Shown here in pieces: positions 28,270 through 38,589 of a stretch of DNA of 64,000 nucleotides (position 1 is its first letter; each line of letters opens with the position of its first letter). Both the position numbers and the translations under genes were made by a program. The stretch spans positions 14,622 through 78,621 of the forward strand of contig JAZSIR010000002.1 in NCBI GenBank assembly GCA_045533905.1, written 5' to 3'. The DNA comes from Clostridia bacterium. GTDB lineage: Bacteria; Bacillota; Clostridia; UMGS1883; UMGS1540. Under the pieces are notes generated by a model, which was not told the origin of the DNA, did not search any database, and was given only the letters and a program-made list of their open reading frames with translations.

Positions 28270-29397
28270 CTACGGCGTTTCGCTTTCAACAACGGCAATT
28301 TCGCCGTCCTTTTGCGGGCGGATCTGCGCACTGCGGCTAACGCGCGCACCCCTCCCCAATATTGCATTTTCTACACGGGCACCCTGCCCGACCACAGCAC
28401 CCGGCAAAAGCACACTGTGCGAAACGGTTGCCCCTTCCAAAACGGTTGTATCCATCGATAAAACGCTTTTTTCCGCCGTGCCGTACATCCGGCAGCCTTC
28501 TGCAAGTATACTGTCCAAAACACGTGCATTTGCCCCAACAAAATGCGGCGGCAAATTTTCCGCGCGGCGCAGAATCGGCCAGTCGGCATCATAGAGGTCG
28601 AAGCGCGGTGGCATTGCCAGAAGGTCCATATTCGCTTCCCATAGGCTTTCGGGCGTGCCTACATCCCGCCAGTAGCCGTCAAACGTATACGCGGAAAGCT
28701 TTTCGCCCGCCGAGAGCATCCGCGGGATGATATTCTTCCCGAAATCGTTTTGTGACGCGGGGTCAAGCGCATCGAGCATCAGATACTCCCGAAGCACTTG
28801 CCACTCGAATATATACACGCCCATAGAGGCGAGATTCCCCTTCGGCTCTTTCGGCTTTTCCCAAAATGCCGTAATGCGGGAAGATGTATCCGTTTCCATA
28901 ATACCAAAGCGCGAAGCCTCCGCTACGGGCACGCGAAGCACCCCAATTGTACCCACAGTACCTGTCCCTTTATGAAATTCCAGCATTTTCCCATAGTGCA
29001 TTTTATAAATATGGTCGCCCGATAAAATGAGGACATACCCGGGCGAGAAGCGTTCTATAAAGCCAATATTCTGATACACGGCGTTGGCCGTGCCGCAGTA
29101 CCATTCGCCCTCTCCGCTTTTTTGATACGGCGGCAGGATGTGTACGCCGCCGCGGCTCCGGTCAAGATCCCATGGGCTTCCGTTTCCGATGTAGGTATTC
29201 AGTTCAAAAGGCCGGTACTGTGTCAGCACGCCCACCGTGGAAATCCCGGAATGTGTACAGTTTGAAAGTGTAAAGTCTATGATGCGATACTTGCCGCCGA
29301 ACGAAACGGCCGGTTTTGCTATGTTTCGGGTCAGTGCGCCAAGGCGGCTTCCCTGCCCGCCTGCCAGTATCATGGCAATGCATTCTGCACCGTACAA
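28270..29397 (-). CDS. glgC: Glucose-1-phosphate adenylyltransferase GlgC
   Basis: [51 protein letters not shown]. Confidence 0.95.
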   Translation of the reverse strand: MYGAECIAMILAGGQGSRLGALTRNIAKPAVSFGGKYRIIDFTLSNCTHSGISTVGVLTQYRPFELNTYIGNGSPWDLDRSRGGVHILPPYQKSGEGEWYCGTANAVYQNIGFIERFSPGYVLILSGDHIYKMHYGKMLEFHKGTGTVGTIGVLRVPVAEASRFGIMETDTSSRITAFWEKPKEPKGNLASMGVYIFEWQVLREYLMLDALDPASQNDFGKNIIPRMLSAGEKLSAYTFDGYWRDVGTPESLWEANMDLLAMPPRFDLYDADWPILRRAENLPPHFVGANARVLDSILAEGCRMYGTAEKSVLSMDTTVLEGATVSHSVLLPGAVVGQGARVENAILGRGARVSRSAQIRPQKDGEIAVVESETP

Positions 29398-29429
29398 GCT
29401 CTCATCTCCCTTCGGCGCGGTTCTTATGG

Positions 29430-29459
29430 TAGTATATTATTTTTCACTCCCTTTTATGC
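29430..29459 (-). promoter_or_regulatory. Putative sporulation (sigma-G/E-type) promoter of glgC-glgD-pdaA
   Basis: Minus strand GCATA-N18-TATACTA. Confidence 0.45.
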
Positions 29460-29592
29460 TCTTTGCACGATTTATTTCCGCAAAAGGTGTATTCTTATGT
29501 TACATTTTTGTTAATTTTATAAAAATTCCTTGCAAAAAGATGAAAAAAAGGTATAATAATAGGTGGGACAATTTTTCAGAAGGGAGCAAGAT

Positions 29593-30687
29593 ATGGCTAA
29601 CAGATTTTATCAGAGTGTACTGTATCAGATGAGCGTATCCATTGACCGCAAAGTGGGCCTTTATGAGGATGGCGACTTCATTTTTTCTTATCCGGAAGAC
29701 ACTGCACTCCTCCAGCACAGTGCTGAACTTCAGCGTCTTACCGAAACGATGGAAGAACCGCTTCTTTTCGGCGGCTTCACCTTCCTTGGATATCCTACGC
29801 ATTCCACCACCCCTGAGTTTGTTGTTTTTGTAGAAGGGGAAGATGCGGATGCGCTTCGCTATGCGGAAATGATTGCGATTTCCGTAAACTCTATGAACCA
29901 GTTACATAACGACAGATATGACCGTTCCAACCTTATCCGGAACATCATTTTGGATAATGTCTTGCCGGGAGATATTCTGGTAAGTGCAAAGGAACTGCAC
30001 CTTACCTACGATGCACCGCGTGTCATTATGCTTCTCAGAACGAATGACGGCGCTTCGAGCGCACATACGCTTGTGGAAGTTGTGCAAAATCTCTTCCCCG
30101 AAAGAACCCGTGACTTTGTCTTTAGTCTTGACGAGCGTAACACCATTTTGGCAAAAGAGCTTCGCCCCGACACGACAGAGGTGGAAATCAGCCACCTTGC
30201 GCAAACGGTGCTTGACACGGTGAATACGGAAGCATATGCACAGGTTACCATCGGCATCGGCTCCGTAGCCGGCACTATCAAGGACCTTGCAAAATCCTAT
30301 AAGGATGCCCGTGTGGCACTTGAGGTCGGCAAGGTGTTTGATACAGATCGCTCGATTATCAACTATGAAAACCTCGGTATCGGCCGCCTGATCTACCAGC
30401 TGCCGACGACGCTTTGCGAGCTGTTCTTATCTGAAGTATTCAAGAAAGAATCTATCGATGCACTCGATGCGGAAACGCTTTTCACCATTCAGAAGTTCTT
30501 TGAAAACGACCTGAATGTTTCGGAAACTTCCCGCCAGCTGTATGTGCACCGCAACACGCTTGTGTACCGTCTTGATAAGGTGCAGAAGCTCACAGGTCTT
30601 GACCTTCGCATCTTTGACCATGCCATCGTTTTCAAAATCGCACTTATGGTAAAGAGATATCTGACCGCAAGCCCCATGAAACTGTAA
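29593..30687 (+). CDS. CdaR/PucR family transcriptional regulator
   Basis: GGDEF-like middle region, C-terminal HTH LNVSETSRQLYVHRNTLVYRL; upstream TTGCAA-N16-TATAAT. Confidence 0.9.
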   Translation: MANRFYQSVLYQMSVSIDRKVGLYEDGDFIFSYPEDTALLQHSAELQRLTETMEEPLLFGGFTFLGYPTHSTTPEFVVFVEGEDADALRYAEMIAISVNSMNQLHNDRYDRSNLIRNIILDNVLPGDILVSAKELHLTYDAPRVIMLLRTNDGASSAHTLVEVVQNLFPERTRDFVFSLDERNTILAKELRPDTTEVEISHLAQTVLDTVNTEAYAQVTIGIGSVAGTIKDLAKSYKDARVALEVGKVFDTDRSIINYENLGIGRLIYQLPTTLCELFLSEVFKKESIDALDAETLFTIQKFFENDLNVSETSRQLYVHRNTLVYRLDKVQKLTGLDLRIFDHAIVFKIALMVKRYLTASPMKL

Positions 30688-30741
30688 TTCGGATAGGCAA
30701 AGCCCTGCGGCTTTGCCTATCTCTGCAAAAAGGAAAAAAGT

Positions 30742-31431
30742 ATGATTTATTTTAACAACGTAACCAAAATTTATGAAGATAACAAAGCCGTGGCGCTTGA
30801 GGATGTCAGTTTCCATGTGGAAAAAGGCGAATTTGTGTTCCTTGTCGGGCACAGCGGCGCCGGTAAATCCTCCATCATCCGTATGCTTCTCTGCGAAGAA
30901 ACACCCACACGCGGTGAAGTTATTATCAACGGCCACAATATCGGCACGCTTACGAGAAAAGAAATCCCCTTTCTTCGCCGCGAAATCGGCGTAGTTTTTC
31001 AGGATTTCCGTCTTTTACCTGCGCGCACGGTGTATGAAAATGTGGCGTTTGCTATGCGCATTGTCGGCGCTTCTTCAAGACAGATGCGCCGCCGTATTCC
31101 GGAGGTTCTCAATATGGTCGGCCTTTCCCGCAAGGCAAAGGCATATCCCTCCCAGCTTTCGGGCGGTGAACAGCAGCGCGTTTCCATGGCGCGTGCCCTT
31201 GCCAACAATCCGTCTATTCTGATTGCGGACGAGCCCACGGGTAACCTTGACCGCGAAAAGGCCGCCGAAATTATGAAGATTTTAGAGGATATCAACAACC
31301 GCGGCACCACCATTTTAATGGCCACACACGCAGAAAAGGTTGTAAATGAAATGCATAAACGCGTTATTACGCTTGATATGGGTCACCTTATAAGCGACGA
31401 ATCCGAGGGGGTGTATACAGTTGGCGTTTAG
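30742..31431 (+). CDS. ftsE: Cell division ATP-binding protein FtsE
   Basis: [35 protein letters not shown]. Confidence 0.95.
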   Translation: MIYFNNVTKIYEDNKAVALEDVSFHVEKGEFVFLVGHSGAGKSSIIRMLLCEETPTRGEVIINGHNIGTLTRKEIPFLRREIGVVFQDFRLLPARTVYENVAFAMRIVGASSRQMRRRIPEVLNMVGLSRKAKAYPSQLSGGEQQRVSMARALANNPSILIADEPTGNLDREKAAEIMKILEDINNRGTTILMATHAEKVVNEMHKRVITLDMGHLISDESEGVYTVGV

Positions 31432-32311
31432 AGAATTCCGCTACTACTGCACAGAAGCTTTCAAAAGTATTTTTTATAATTTTCTGATGACGCTTGCAAG
31501 CGTCATTACCGTGACGGGCTGTCTCCTGTTCCTCGGCTCCTTCACGCTCTTCAGCCTCAATCTCGGCTACATTGCCGACCAGGTGCGCGAAGAATGTAAG
31601 ATGGTGGCGTATGTAGACCGTTCTTATACCAATGCACAGGCAGAATCGCTCGGCTCTATTCTGACGGAGATTGAAAATGTTTCCGATATTGATCTGGAAA
31701 CACGTGCGGAAGCCCTTGAGGGCGCACGTGCCATGCTCGCCGAAGGCGGCCTTTCGCTCGAAGGCTTTGAAGATGACAGTTTCCTCCGCGCTTCCTACAC
31801 CATTTCGCTTTCTGACCTCGAGCTCGCCGCAGAAACGGCCGAGCGTATCCGGGGAATTGACGGCATTGAGGAAGTAAGCCTGCAGCAGGATATTACCGAT
31901 AATGTACTCCGCACCACGGGCGTTATCAAAGGCGCTCTCATCATCAGTATGTTCGTGCTTGCGCTGATTGCGATTTTTATCGTTTCGAACACCATAAAGC
32001 TTGCCGTTTTTGCCCGCGAAAAGGAAATTCACATTATGAAGTATGTGGGCGCGACAGACTGGTTTATCCGTTGGCCGTTCATCATCGAAGGCATTTTTGT
32101 AGGGCTTGTGGGCGGTCTCATTTCGCTCCTCGCCTGCATGGCACTTTACGGCGGCATTGCCAATGCCGTGGGTGGTTCCCCCTGGTTCCCGTTTGACCTT
32201 CTCTCGTTCGGTTCCATTTCCAGCTCTCTCGTTCTGGTATTGCTTCTCTTTGGCTCCCTGATGGGTGCGCTCGGCAGTATCATTGCCGTAAGAAAGCATC
32301 TCAAGGTTTGA
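31421..32311 (+). CDS. ftsX: Cell division permease FtsX
   Basis: Four TM segments; NTIKLAVFAREKEI.IMK.VGAT.WFIRWPF. Confidence 0.93.
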   Translation: MAFREFRYYCTEAFKSIFYNFLMTLASVITVTGCLLFLGSFTLFSLNLGYIADQVREECKMVAYVDRSYTNAQAESLGSILTEIENVSDIDLETRAEALEGARAMLAEGGLSLEGFEDDSFLRASYTISLSDLELAAETAERIRGIDGIEEVSLQQDITDNVLRTTGVIKGALIISMFVLALIAIFIVSNTIKLAVFAREKEIHIMKYVGATDWFIRWPFIIEGIFVGLVGGLISLLACMALYGGIANAVGGSPWFPFDLLSFGSISSSLVLVLLLFGSLMGALGSIIAVRKHLKV

Positions 32312-32335
32312 GTTTTCCCTCTGAAAGGAGTTCTT

Positions 32336-33514
32336 ATGCATAAAAAAATCCAGAAAAAAATTGTCATCGTCTTTGCGATTATAGCGTGTCTTTGTCTTTT
32401 GGTGCCGCTTGTAACACCGATTCTTTCGGCACGCGCCGATACCGTGGCAGAGCTGCAGGATAAGCTTTCCGCCGCAGAAAAGGCACGGAAAGAGGCTGAA
32501 GCCGGTCTTTCCAAAGTAAAACAGAATATTTCCAGTGCCCAGTCTAAACGACAGGCACTTGACCTTGAGATTTCCGGCCTTGAAACGGAAATTTATGAGC
32601 TTACGGTGCAGATTGAAGAAAATGAAAAGGCAATCGGCGAGGTTACCCGCGAGCTTGAGGAAGCTGAGAAAGACGCGAAGGAATATGAAGGCACCTACAA
32701 GGAACGTGTGCGCGTAATGTACGAAAGAAGCCACGCCTCCTTCCTGAATATTCTCTTTGGCGCCTCAGACTTTTCCGACCTTCTAAAGCGCGTAGAAGTT
32801 GTTTCGCAGATTGTGGAATACGACCGCACCGTTATGCAGCGCATGGCAGAAGCCCGTGCAAAAATTGAAGAAAAGAAAAAGAACCTTGAAGAGGCCAATG
32901 CCGTAGTGGAATTAAACCGCGAAATCTTAAATACCAAGAAAGCGGAAATTGATGCAAACAAAGCGGCACTCGGCGCTATTATCTTGGATCTCGAATCGGA
33001 TGCAGCGGCATACCGCGCCGCTCTTGACGAAGCGGACCGCGCCGAAGAAGCGCTTCGTGCGGAAATCCGCGCGCTCTCTTCCCCGTCCTCTTCCACAACG
33101 ACCGTTCCGACCGCTGACAGTGGCGGACAGCTTTGCTGGCCCACACCTTCCACAACCTATATCACCTCGCCGTACGGCACGCGCTTCCATCCCGTGCAGC
33201 AGCGTATGAAAACCCACACGGGCATTGATATCGGGGCCGGCCACGGTGCTTCCATCCTGGCCGCCGAATCCGGCACGGTGCTTCGCGCAGATTACAACAG
33301 CGGCTACGGCAACTACGTTGTTATCGACCACGGCGGTGGCGTGCAGACGCTCTACGGCCACTGCAGTGCACTTTTGGTAAAAAGCGGTCAGTCTGTCTCC
33401 CGCGGGCAGCAAATCGCACTTGTCGGCTCCACCGGCGTTTCCACCGGCCCGCACCTCCACTTCGAAGTACTCATAAACGGCGCCTATACCGATCCGATGG
33501 GATATTTTGATTAA
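32336..33514 (+). CDS. Coiled-coil/M23 peptidoglycan endopeptidase (EnvC/CwlO-like partner of FtsEX)
   Basis: Signal peptide, long coiled coil, HTGID and HLH zinc motifs intact. Confidence 0.9.
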   Translation: MHKKIQKKIVIVFAIIACLCLLVPLVTPILSARADTVAELQDKLSAAEKARKEAEAGLSKVKQNISSAQSKRQALDLEISGLETEIYELTVQIEENEKAIGEVTRELEEAEKDAKEYEGTYKERVRVMYERSHASFLNILFGASDFSDLLKRVEVVSQIVEYDRTVMQRMAEARAKIEEKKKNLEEANAVVELNREILNTKKAEIDANKAALGAIILDLESDAAAYRAALDEADRAEEALRAEIRALSSPSSSTTTVPTADSGGQLCWPTPSTTYITSPYGTRFHPVQQRMKTHTGIDIGAGHGASILAAESGTVLRADYNSGYGNYVVIDHGGGVQTLYGHCSALLVKSGQSVSRGQQIALVGSTGVSTGPHLHFEVLINGAYTDPMGYFD

Positions 33515-33565
33515 TCGCCACATATACTCTCTATACACATATTCTCGGAAAGGGAGGAAATACTC

Positions 33566-34666
33566 TTGCCCAAAAAACCGATATATATAACCGCGCTTGT
33601 AAGCGCGGTTATAACTATGCTCCTTTGCCTCGGCGTGTGGTTTTTCACGCTCACGGACGCCGATAAGCTGGAAATGCTTATCCTGCATCATTATGCCGGC
33701 GAGGTGGACCGCGAAACGCTTTCCGCCGGTGCAGCCCGTGGAATGATCGGCGCACTGGACGACAGGCACAGCGTATACTTTGACGAAGATGAATACGAGC
33801 TTTTTATGGAAGATCTTGCCGCTTCCTACACCGGCATCGGTGTGGAGGTGCAACTTTCCGACGGGCGTATGCAGGTAATCGCCCCCTTTGAGGGAACGCC
33901 TGCTGCCGAAGCGGGCGTTTTAGCAGGGGACTTCATCGAAAAGGTGGATGACATTGTAGTAACCGAGCAGACCTTCGCCTCGGCCGTTACCTATATGCGC
34001 ACAAAAGACGACGATGCACCGATTATGCTTTCTATTATAAGAGACGGGATGCCGCTTACAATCACCGTTGTGCGGCGGGAAATCACGCTGAAAACCGTGA
34101 CGAGCGAAATGATAGACGATGTGGCCTATATCCGCATCCGCAGTTTTGACGCCCCCACCGCAGGCGAAATGGCAACCGCTATTGAAGAAGCGGAAAGACG
34201 GAACGCGCGCGGCCTTGTGATTGATGTTCGGGATAATCCCGGCGGCTATCTCGAAAGTGTAACTTCCATTTCGGATATGCTTCTGCCGCGTTGCACCGTG
34301 GTATATACGAAGGATAAAAACGACCGCCAGCTATTTTATTTTGAAAGCGATGCGGACTGCACGCCGCTTCCCATCGTGCTTCTTATAAACGAAAACAGTG
34401 CCTCCGCCTCCGAGGTTTTGGCAGGGGCTTTAAAGGATAATAAACGTGCACAGCTTGTAGGTACCAAAACCTTCGGCAAGGGAAGTGTACAAAACGTATT
34501 CCACCTTGGCGACGGCGGTGCCAAAATCACGGTGGCGCACTTCTACACGGCCAGCGGCGCGCGCATTAACGGAAACGGCGTCGAGCCCACACATCCCGTG
34601 GAAAACACAGACCCCAAGGTGGATGCACAGCTTGAAATGGCGCTTTCCCTCCTCCGCGAGGAATAA
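33566..34666 (+). CDS. Carboxyl-terminal processing protease (S41, PDZ)
   Basis: GIG PDZ motif, DVRDNPGG, SASASE, GKGSVQ. Confidence 0.92.
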   Translation: MPKKPIYITALVSAVITMLLCLGVWFFTLTDADKLEMLILHHYAGEVDRETLSAGAARGMIGALDDRHSVYFDEDEYELFMEDLAASYTGIGVEVQLSDGRMQVIAPFEGTPAAEAGVLAGDFIEKVDDIVVTEQTFASAVTYMRTKDDDAPIMLSIIRDGMPLTITVVRREITLKTVTSEMIDDVAYIRIRSFDAPTAGEMATAIEEAERRNARGLVIDVRDNPGGYLESVTSISDMLLPRCTVVYTKDKNDRQLFYFESDADCTPLPIVLLINENSASASEVLAGALKDNKRAQLVGTKTFGKGSVQNVFHLGDGGAKITVAHFYTASGARINGNGVEPTHPVENTDPKVDAQLEMALSLLREE

Positions 34667-34668
34667 GT

Positions 34669-34697
34669 AAAGGCTCTCCAAAAGGAGAGCCTTTTTT
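34669..34697. terminator. Bidirectional terminator
   Basis: aaaggctctcc/ggagagccttt between convergent genes. Confidence 0.85.
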
Positions 34698-34701
34698 GTT
34701 T

Positions 34702-35892
34702 CTACTCTGTATCTCTGCCGGGCACGATAACTTTATCGAGGATATTCGTAAGCTTTGCGATGACCATACCGTAGTTTGTAATCGGCACGCCCTGTCCCTC
34801 GGCCGCCGCAATTCTCGACAGCACGTGGCGGCGGTTAAACATACAGGCGCCGCAATGGATAATGAGGCTATAGGGCGAAAGGTCTTTCGGAAAATCGTTT
34901 CCGCCGACTACATCCACCGACAGCCCTTCCCCCACCTTTTTGCGAAGGAGAACTGGAATTTTCACGCGGCCGATATCTTCCGAGGCCGGCGCGTGTGTGC
35001 AGGCCTCCGCAATCAGAATTCGGTCGTTTTCCGTAAGCCTTTCGATGGCCCCGGCCCCTTCAAGGAAGGTTTTCGCATCCCCCTTGGCATCGGCAAGTAG
35101 GACAGAAAAGGAAGTAAGCGGAATACCTTGCGGCACCTTTTCGTACACCGTCTTAAAAGCCTGCGAATCGGTAATAATAAGATCCGGCGGCGAAGACAAG
35201 CGCCCAAGTGCCGCCTCCATCGTTTCGGGCGTTGTGCAAATCGGAATACAGCCGCGGTCAAGAAGCTCGCGTATCGTCTGTACCTGCGGCAAAATGAGCC
35301 TTCCGCGCGGTGCAGAGGCATCCTGCGGCATTACAAGGAGCACAACATCGCCGGGCTTTGTCACCCGCCCTGTTATGCTTCTTTCCTCAGCCGCGAACGG
35401 CGAGAGGGCAGCGCGAATGTTGGAGAATCCCTCGCCTTTTTTTGCACTTACGCGAAGGAGTGCATTTTCACACACCGCTTCCGCTTTTTCTGCGGCGGCA
35501 GAATCCTCCCCGAGGTCTGTTTTATTCATAACGGGCAAAACGGGGATTTTTTTGGCCTTGCACAAATTGGCCCATTCTTTCTCCATCTCGCCGAACTCGC
35601 CTGCAAAGAGCAGGATGGCCACATCCGTTTTTTCGAGCGCTTCGCGCGTTTTCGAAACGCGAAGTTCCCCAAGCTCGCCCGTATCGTCATACCCTGCGGT
35701 ATCGATGAGCACGCACGGCCCTACACCGCGGATTTCCATATTCTTATATACAGGGTCTGCCGTGGTACCGAGTGTATCGGACACAATAGCTACCTCTTGC
35801 CCCGTGAGAGCATTGATAAAGGAGGATTTACCGGCGTTTCGGCGCCCGAAAATCCCGATATGAAGACGCGCTGCGCGCGGTGCTGTTTCCAT
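34702..35892 (-). CDS. hydF: [FeFe]-hydrogenase maturation GTPase HydF
   Basis: GRRNAGKSS, DTAG, NKTD, GRLILPQ, CTH...HCGAC cluster motif. Confidence 0.96.
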   Translation of the reverse strand: METAPRAARLHIGIFGRRNAGKSSFINALTGQEVAIVSDTLGTTADPVYKNMEIRGVGPCVLIDTAGYDDTGELGELRVSKTREALEKTDVAILLFAGEFGEMEKEWANLCKAKKIPVLPVMNKTDLGEDSAAAEKAEAVCENALLRVSAKKGEGFSNIRAALSPFAAEERSITGRVTKPGDVVLLVMPQDASAPRGRLILPQVQTIRELLDRGCIPICTTPETMEAALGRLSSPPDLIITDSQAFKTVYEKVPQGIPLTSFSVLLADAKGDAKTFLEGAGAIERLTENDRILIAEACTHAPASEDIGRVKIPVLLRKKVGEGLSVDVVGGNDFPKDLSPYSLIIHCGACMFNRRHVLSRIAAAEGQGVPITNYGMVIAKLTNILDKVIVPGRDTE

Positions 35893-35904
35893 AAAAGCCC
35901 CTCC

Positions 35905-37317
35905 TTAAAAACGGAAGTCGCGGCTGCCCTCGTGCATACGGGCAATATTTTCCTCCGCAATTTTTCTTACTTTTTCATTCGGAATCCGCAGGAGTTCATT
36001 CGTAATCAGCCCTTCCCCGATTTTCCGTGTTTCGGGCGAGGCGTAATCCTCCAGATATTCCTGCAGCGTCATCAGCGCATTCGGCTGGCAGCAGTTGGCA
36101 ATCTGTCCGGATTTTACGAGCTGCATAAACCGGTCGCCCGTGCGGTTTTCGCGGTAGCAGGCGGTGCAGAAGCTGGGAATATAGCCGAGCTTCATCAGCC
36201 AGTTTACAACCTCATCAAGCGTACGTCTGTCATCGATCTCAAACTGGATGGACTCGTTATCTTCCTCCGCATAGCCGCCTACGCTTGTGCGCGAGCCGCC
36301 GGAAAGCTGCGAAACGCCGATTTTGAGAAGGCGTTCGCGCATTGAAGCCGATTCTCTTGTCGATACAATCATACCGGTATACGGCACCGCGAGGCGGATG
36401 ACTGCCACAATTTTTTCAAATACATCGTCAGCAACGGCATTGGAAAATTCATCGGCATTAACGCCGTCTGCCGGGCGGATACGCGGCACACTGATGGTGT
36501 GCGGGCCCACGCCCTTCGCAGCCTCAAGATGCTCCGCGTGCATAAGAAGACCTACAAAGTCATAGCGATAGAGATTGAGACCGAACAAAACGCCGATACC
36601 AACATCATCAATACCGCCATCCATAGCACGGTCCATCGCCTCTGTATGGTAGGCATAATTGCTTTTCGGACCCGTGGGATGGAGCATTTTGTAGTTTTCC
36701 TTATGGTATGTTTCCTGGAACAGGATGTACGTGCCTATTTTTGCCTCGTGCAGGGCACGATATGCCTCCACCGTGGTTGCGGCAATGTTCACATTTACGC
36801 GGCGTATAGCGCCGTTTTTGTGCTTTATGCTGTAAATGGTGTCAATACTCTCGAGGATATAGGAAAGCGGCGAATGCACGGGGTCCTCGCCCGATTCGAG
36901 CGCAAGGCGCTTATGCCCCATATCCTGAAGGGCAATTACCTCTTTGCGGATTTCTTCCTGCGAAAGCTTTTTACGCGGAATGGTGCAGTTGCCGTGGTGA
37001 TACGGGCAATATACACAGCCGTTTACGCAGTAATTCGAAAGGTACAAGGGTGCAAACATAACGATGCGGTTGCCGTAAAGGCGCATTTTCAGTTCGTTTG
37101 CCACCTTGAAAATCCGCGCATTTCTGTCGGGAATCGTGCACTCCAAAAGCACGGCCGCCTCTCTGTGGTCAAGCCCGCCGCCTTTTTCCGCCTTATCAAT
37201 AAGCTTATCAATAAGCGTCGCATCTTCTTTGTGCGCATCGGCGTAAAGAAGCGTTTCTTCAATCTCTGCATGGTTTATAAATTCTTCCGCTTTGGATGAT
37301 TTAACATCGTATTTCAT
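35905..37317 (-). CDS. hydG: [FeFe]-hydrogenase radical SAM maturase HydG
   Basis: APLYLSNYCVNGCVYC, FQETYH, C-terminal CTACYR...C second cluster motif. Confidence 0.96.
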   Translation of the reverse strand: MKYDVKSSKAEEFINHAEIEETLLYADAHKEDATLIDKLIDKAEKGGGLDHREAAVLLECTIPDRNARIFKVANELKMRLYGNRIVMFAPLYLSNYCVNGCVYCPYHHGNCTIPRKKLSQEEIRKEVIALQDMGHKRLALESGEDPVHSPLSYILESIDTIYSIKHKNGAIRRVNVNIAATTVEAYRALHEAKIGTYILFQETYHKENYKMLHPTGPKSNYAYHTEAMDRAMDGGIDDVGIGVLFGLNLYRYDFVGLLMHAEHLEAAKGVGPHTISVPRIRPADGVNADEFSNAVADDVFEKIVAVIRLAVPYTGMIVSTRESASMRERLLKIGVSQLSGGSRTSVGGYAEEDNESIQFEIDDRRTLDEVVNWLMKLGYIPSFCTACYRENRTGDRFMQLVKSGQIANCCQPNALMTLQEYLEDYASPETRKIGEGLITNELLRIPNEKVRKIAEENIARMHEGSRDFRF

Positions 37318-38333
37318 TGGTAGTCTCCTCTCACGGCTAAAATCGTATAGCCCATATTTTCTATTTTGCGGCATACCTCGGCAATCGGCTCTGCCGCTTT
37401 ATTATCATAAATTGCATATTGTCCGTGCCGTGCAGGGGGCGAAAGGTTGGGCATCACAACATTGGCACCTGCCGAAATTCCCTGTTCCCTGCCTCCAGGC
37501 GAAAGCGTAGCCAGCGCCGTAGTAGCCGGCAGAAGCGCCCGTCTGTGCATCAGCCGCAAGACAGAAAGGAGCTTGACTGTAAGGGCAAGGCTTCCCGCCG
37601 CCTCTCTTCCAAACGGCGTTTCCTTTTGCGGCAAAAACGGCCCGATACCGATCATATGCGGTTTGAAGTCTTGCAAAAACAAAAGGTCCTCCGCGATATT
37701 TTCCACCGTCTGATACGGCGAGCCGACCATAAACCCTGCGCCCACCTGATAGCCAAGTGCTTTCAGATTTTCAAGGCATGCGATGCGCGAGGAAAGCTGC
37801 ATCGAAGAAGGGTGTAGTTTTTCATAATGCGCGGGCGTTGCTGTCTCATGGCGCAGAAGGTATCTGTCCGCCCCCGCTTTGCGAAGCGTTTCGTACGAAG
37901 TCGCGCTGCGCTCCCCAAGGGAAAGGGTGACGGCTGCATCGGGGTATTTTTCCTTGAGCTTTCTGATGATACTTACAAGGCGCGCGTCTGTAAAATATCC
38001 GTCCTCACCGCCCTGCAACACAAAGGTGCGAATGCCTTCCCGGTATCCGCTCTCCGCCGAAGCGAGAATTTCCTCCTCCGTAAGGCGATAGCGCACCGCC
38101 TTTTCGTTACTTCTGCGAAGGCCGCAGTAGAAGCAGTCATTTTTACAGAAGCTGCTAATTTCAATAAGACCACGAAGGTAAATATTTTTCCCGAACACAG
38201 CATCCGTCGCCTCGCGCGCCGCAATGCGGATTTCTTCATCAAATTCGTCTCCGGAAAGCAGCGACAGCATATCTTCTTTTGTAAGCCATTTGCCTTCCAC
38301 AAGACGGGCAAATGCTTTTTTTGCATCCATCAT
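37314..38333 (-). CDS. hydE: [FeFe]-hydrogenase radical SAM maturase HydE
   Basis: RGLIE.S..CKNDCFYC, YLLRHET, PATTAL, GANVVMPN, YDNK. Confidence 0.95.
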   Translation of the reverse strand: MMDAKKAFARLVEGKWLTKEDMLSLLSGDEFDEEIRIAAREATDAVFGKNIYLRGLIEISSFCKNDCFYCGLRRSNEKAVRYRLTEEEILASAESGYREGIRTFVLQGGEDGYFTDARLVSIIRKLKEKYPDAAVTLSLGERSATSYETLRKAGADRYLLRHETATPAHYEKLHPSSMQLSSRIACLENLKALGYQVGAGFMVGSPYQTVENIAEDLLFLQDFKPHMIGIGPFLPQKETPFGREAAGSLALTVKLLSVLRLMHRRALLPATTALATLSPGGREQGISAGANVVMPNLSPPARHGQYAIYDNKAAEPIAEVCRKIENMGYTILAVRGDYQ

Positions 38334-38575
38334 ATCTTTGCGTAAACGGTTTTCGCCGTCACGCCCTCCAGCATACCAAGCTTCCCGGAAACGGACGCCG
38401 TAACGGCTTCCGGTGCATCCAGAACGACGCTGATGACCGAAATGTTCCGTTCTCTGTACGGGATGCCCATTCTTCCCACAATATATTGCCCTGCATCGTG
38501 CAGAATCTGATTGATTTTCTCAGCAGAATCCGTGTTTTCCACAATTATGCCGATATGTGCAATTCTGTTTTCCAT
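38330..38575 (-). CDS. TM1266-family iron-only hydrogenase system putative regulator (ACT-like)
   Basis: RIA.IGIIVE, IVGRMGIPY, SGKLG.L.GV.AK; first gene of the hyd operon. Confidence 0.88.
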   Translation of the reverse strand: MENRIAHIGIIVENTDSAEKINQILHDAGQYIVGRMGIPYRERNISVISVVLDAPEAVTASVSGKLGMLEGVTAKTVYAKI

Positions 38576-38589
38576 TGTTCCTCCTATAC

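Noticed and set aside
33519-33545. Sigma-K-like motif (AC-N16-CATA...T) upstream of the S41 protease gene
   Set aside because: The consensus has too little information content to support a call by eye.
34702-38575. hydEFG as a novel radical-SAM RiPP system partnering the PqqD protein
   Set aside because: The motifs are canonical hydrogenase maturases, and they lie about 20 kb from the PqqD gene.
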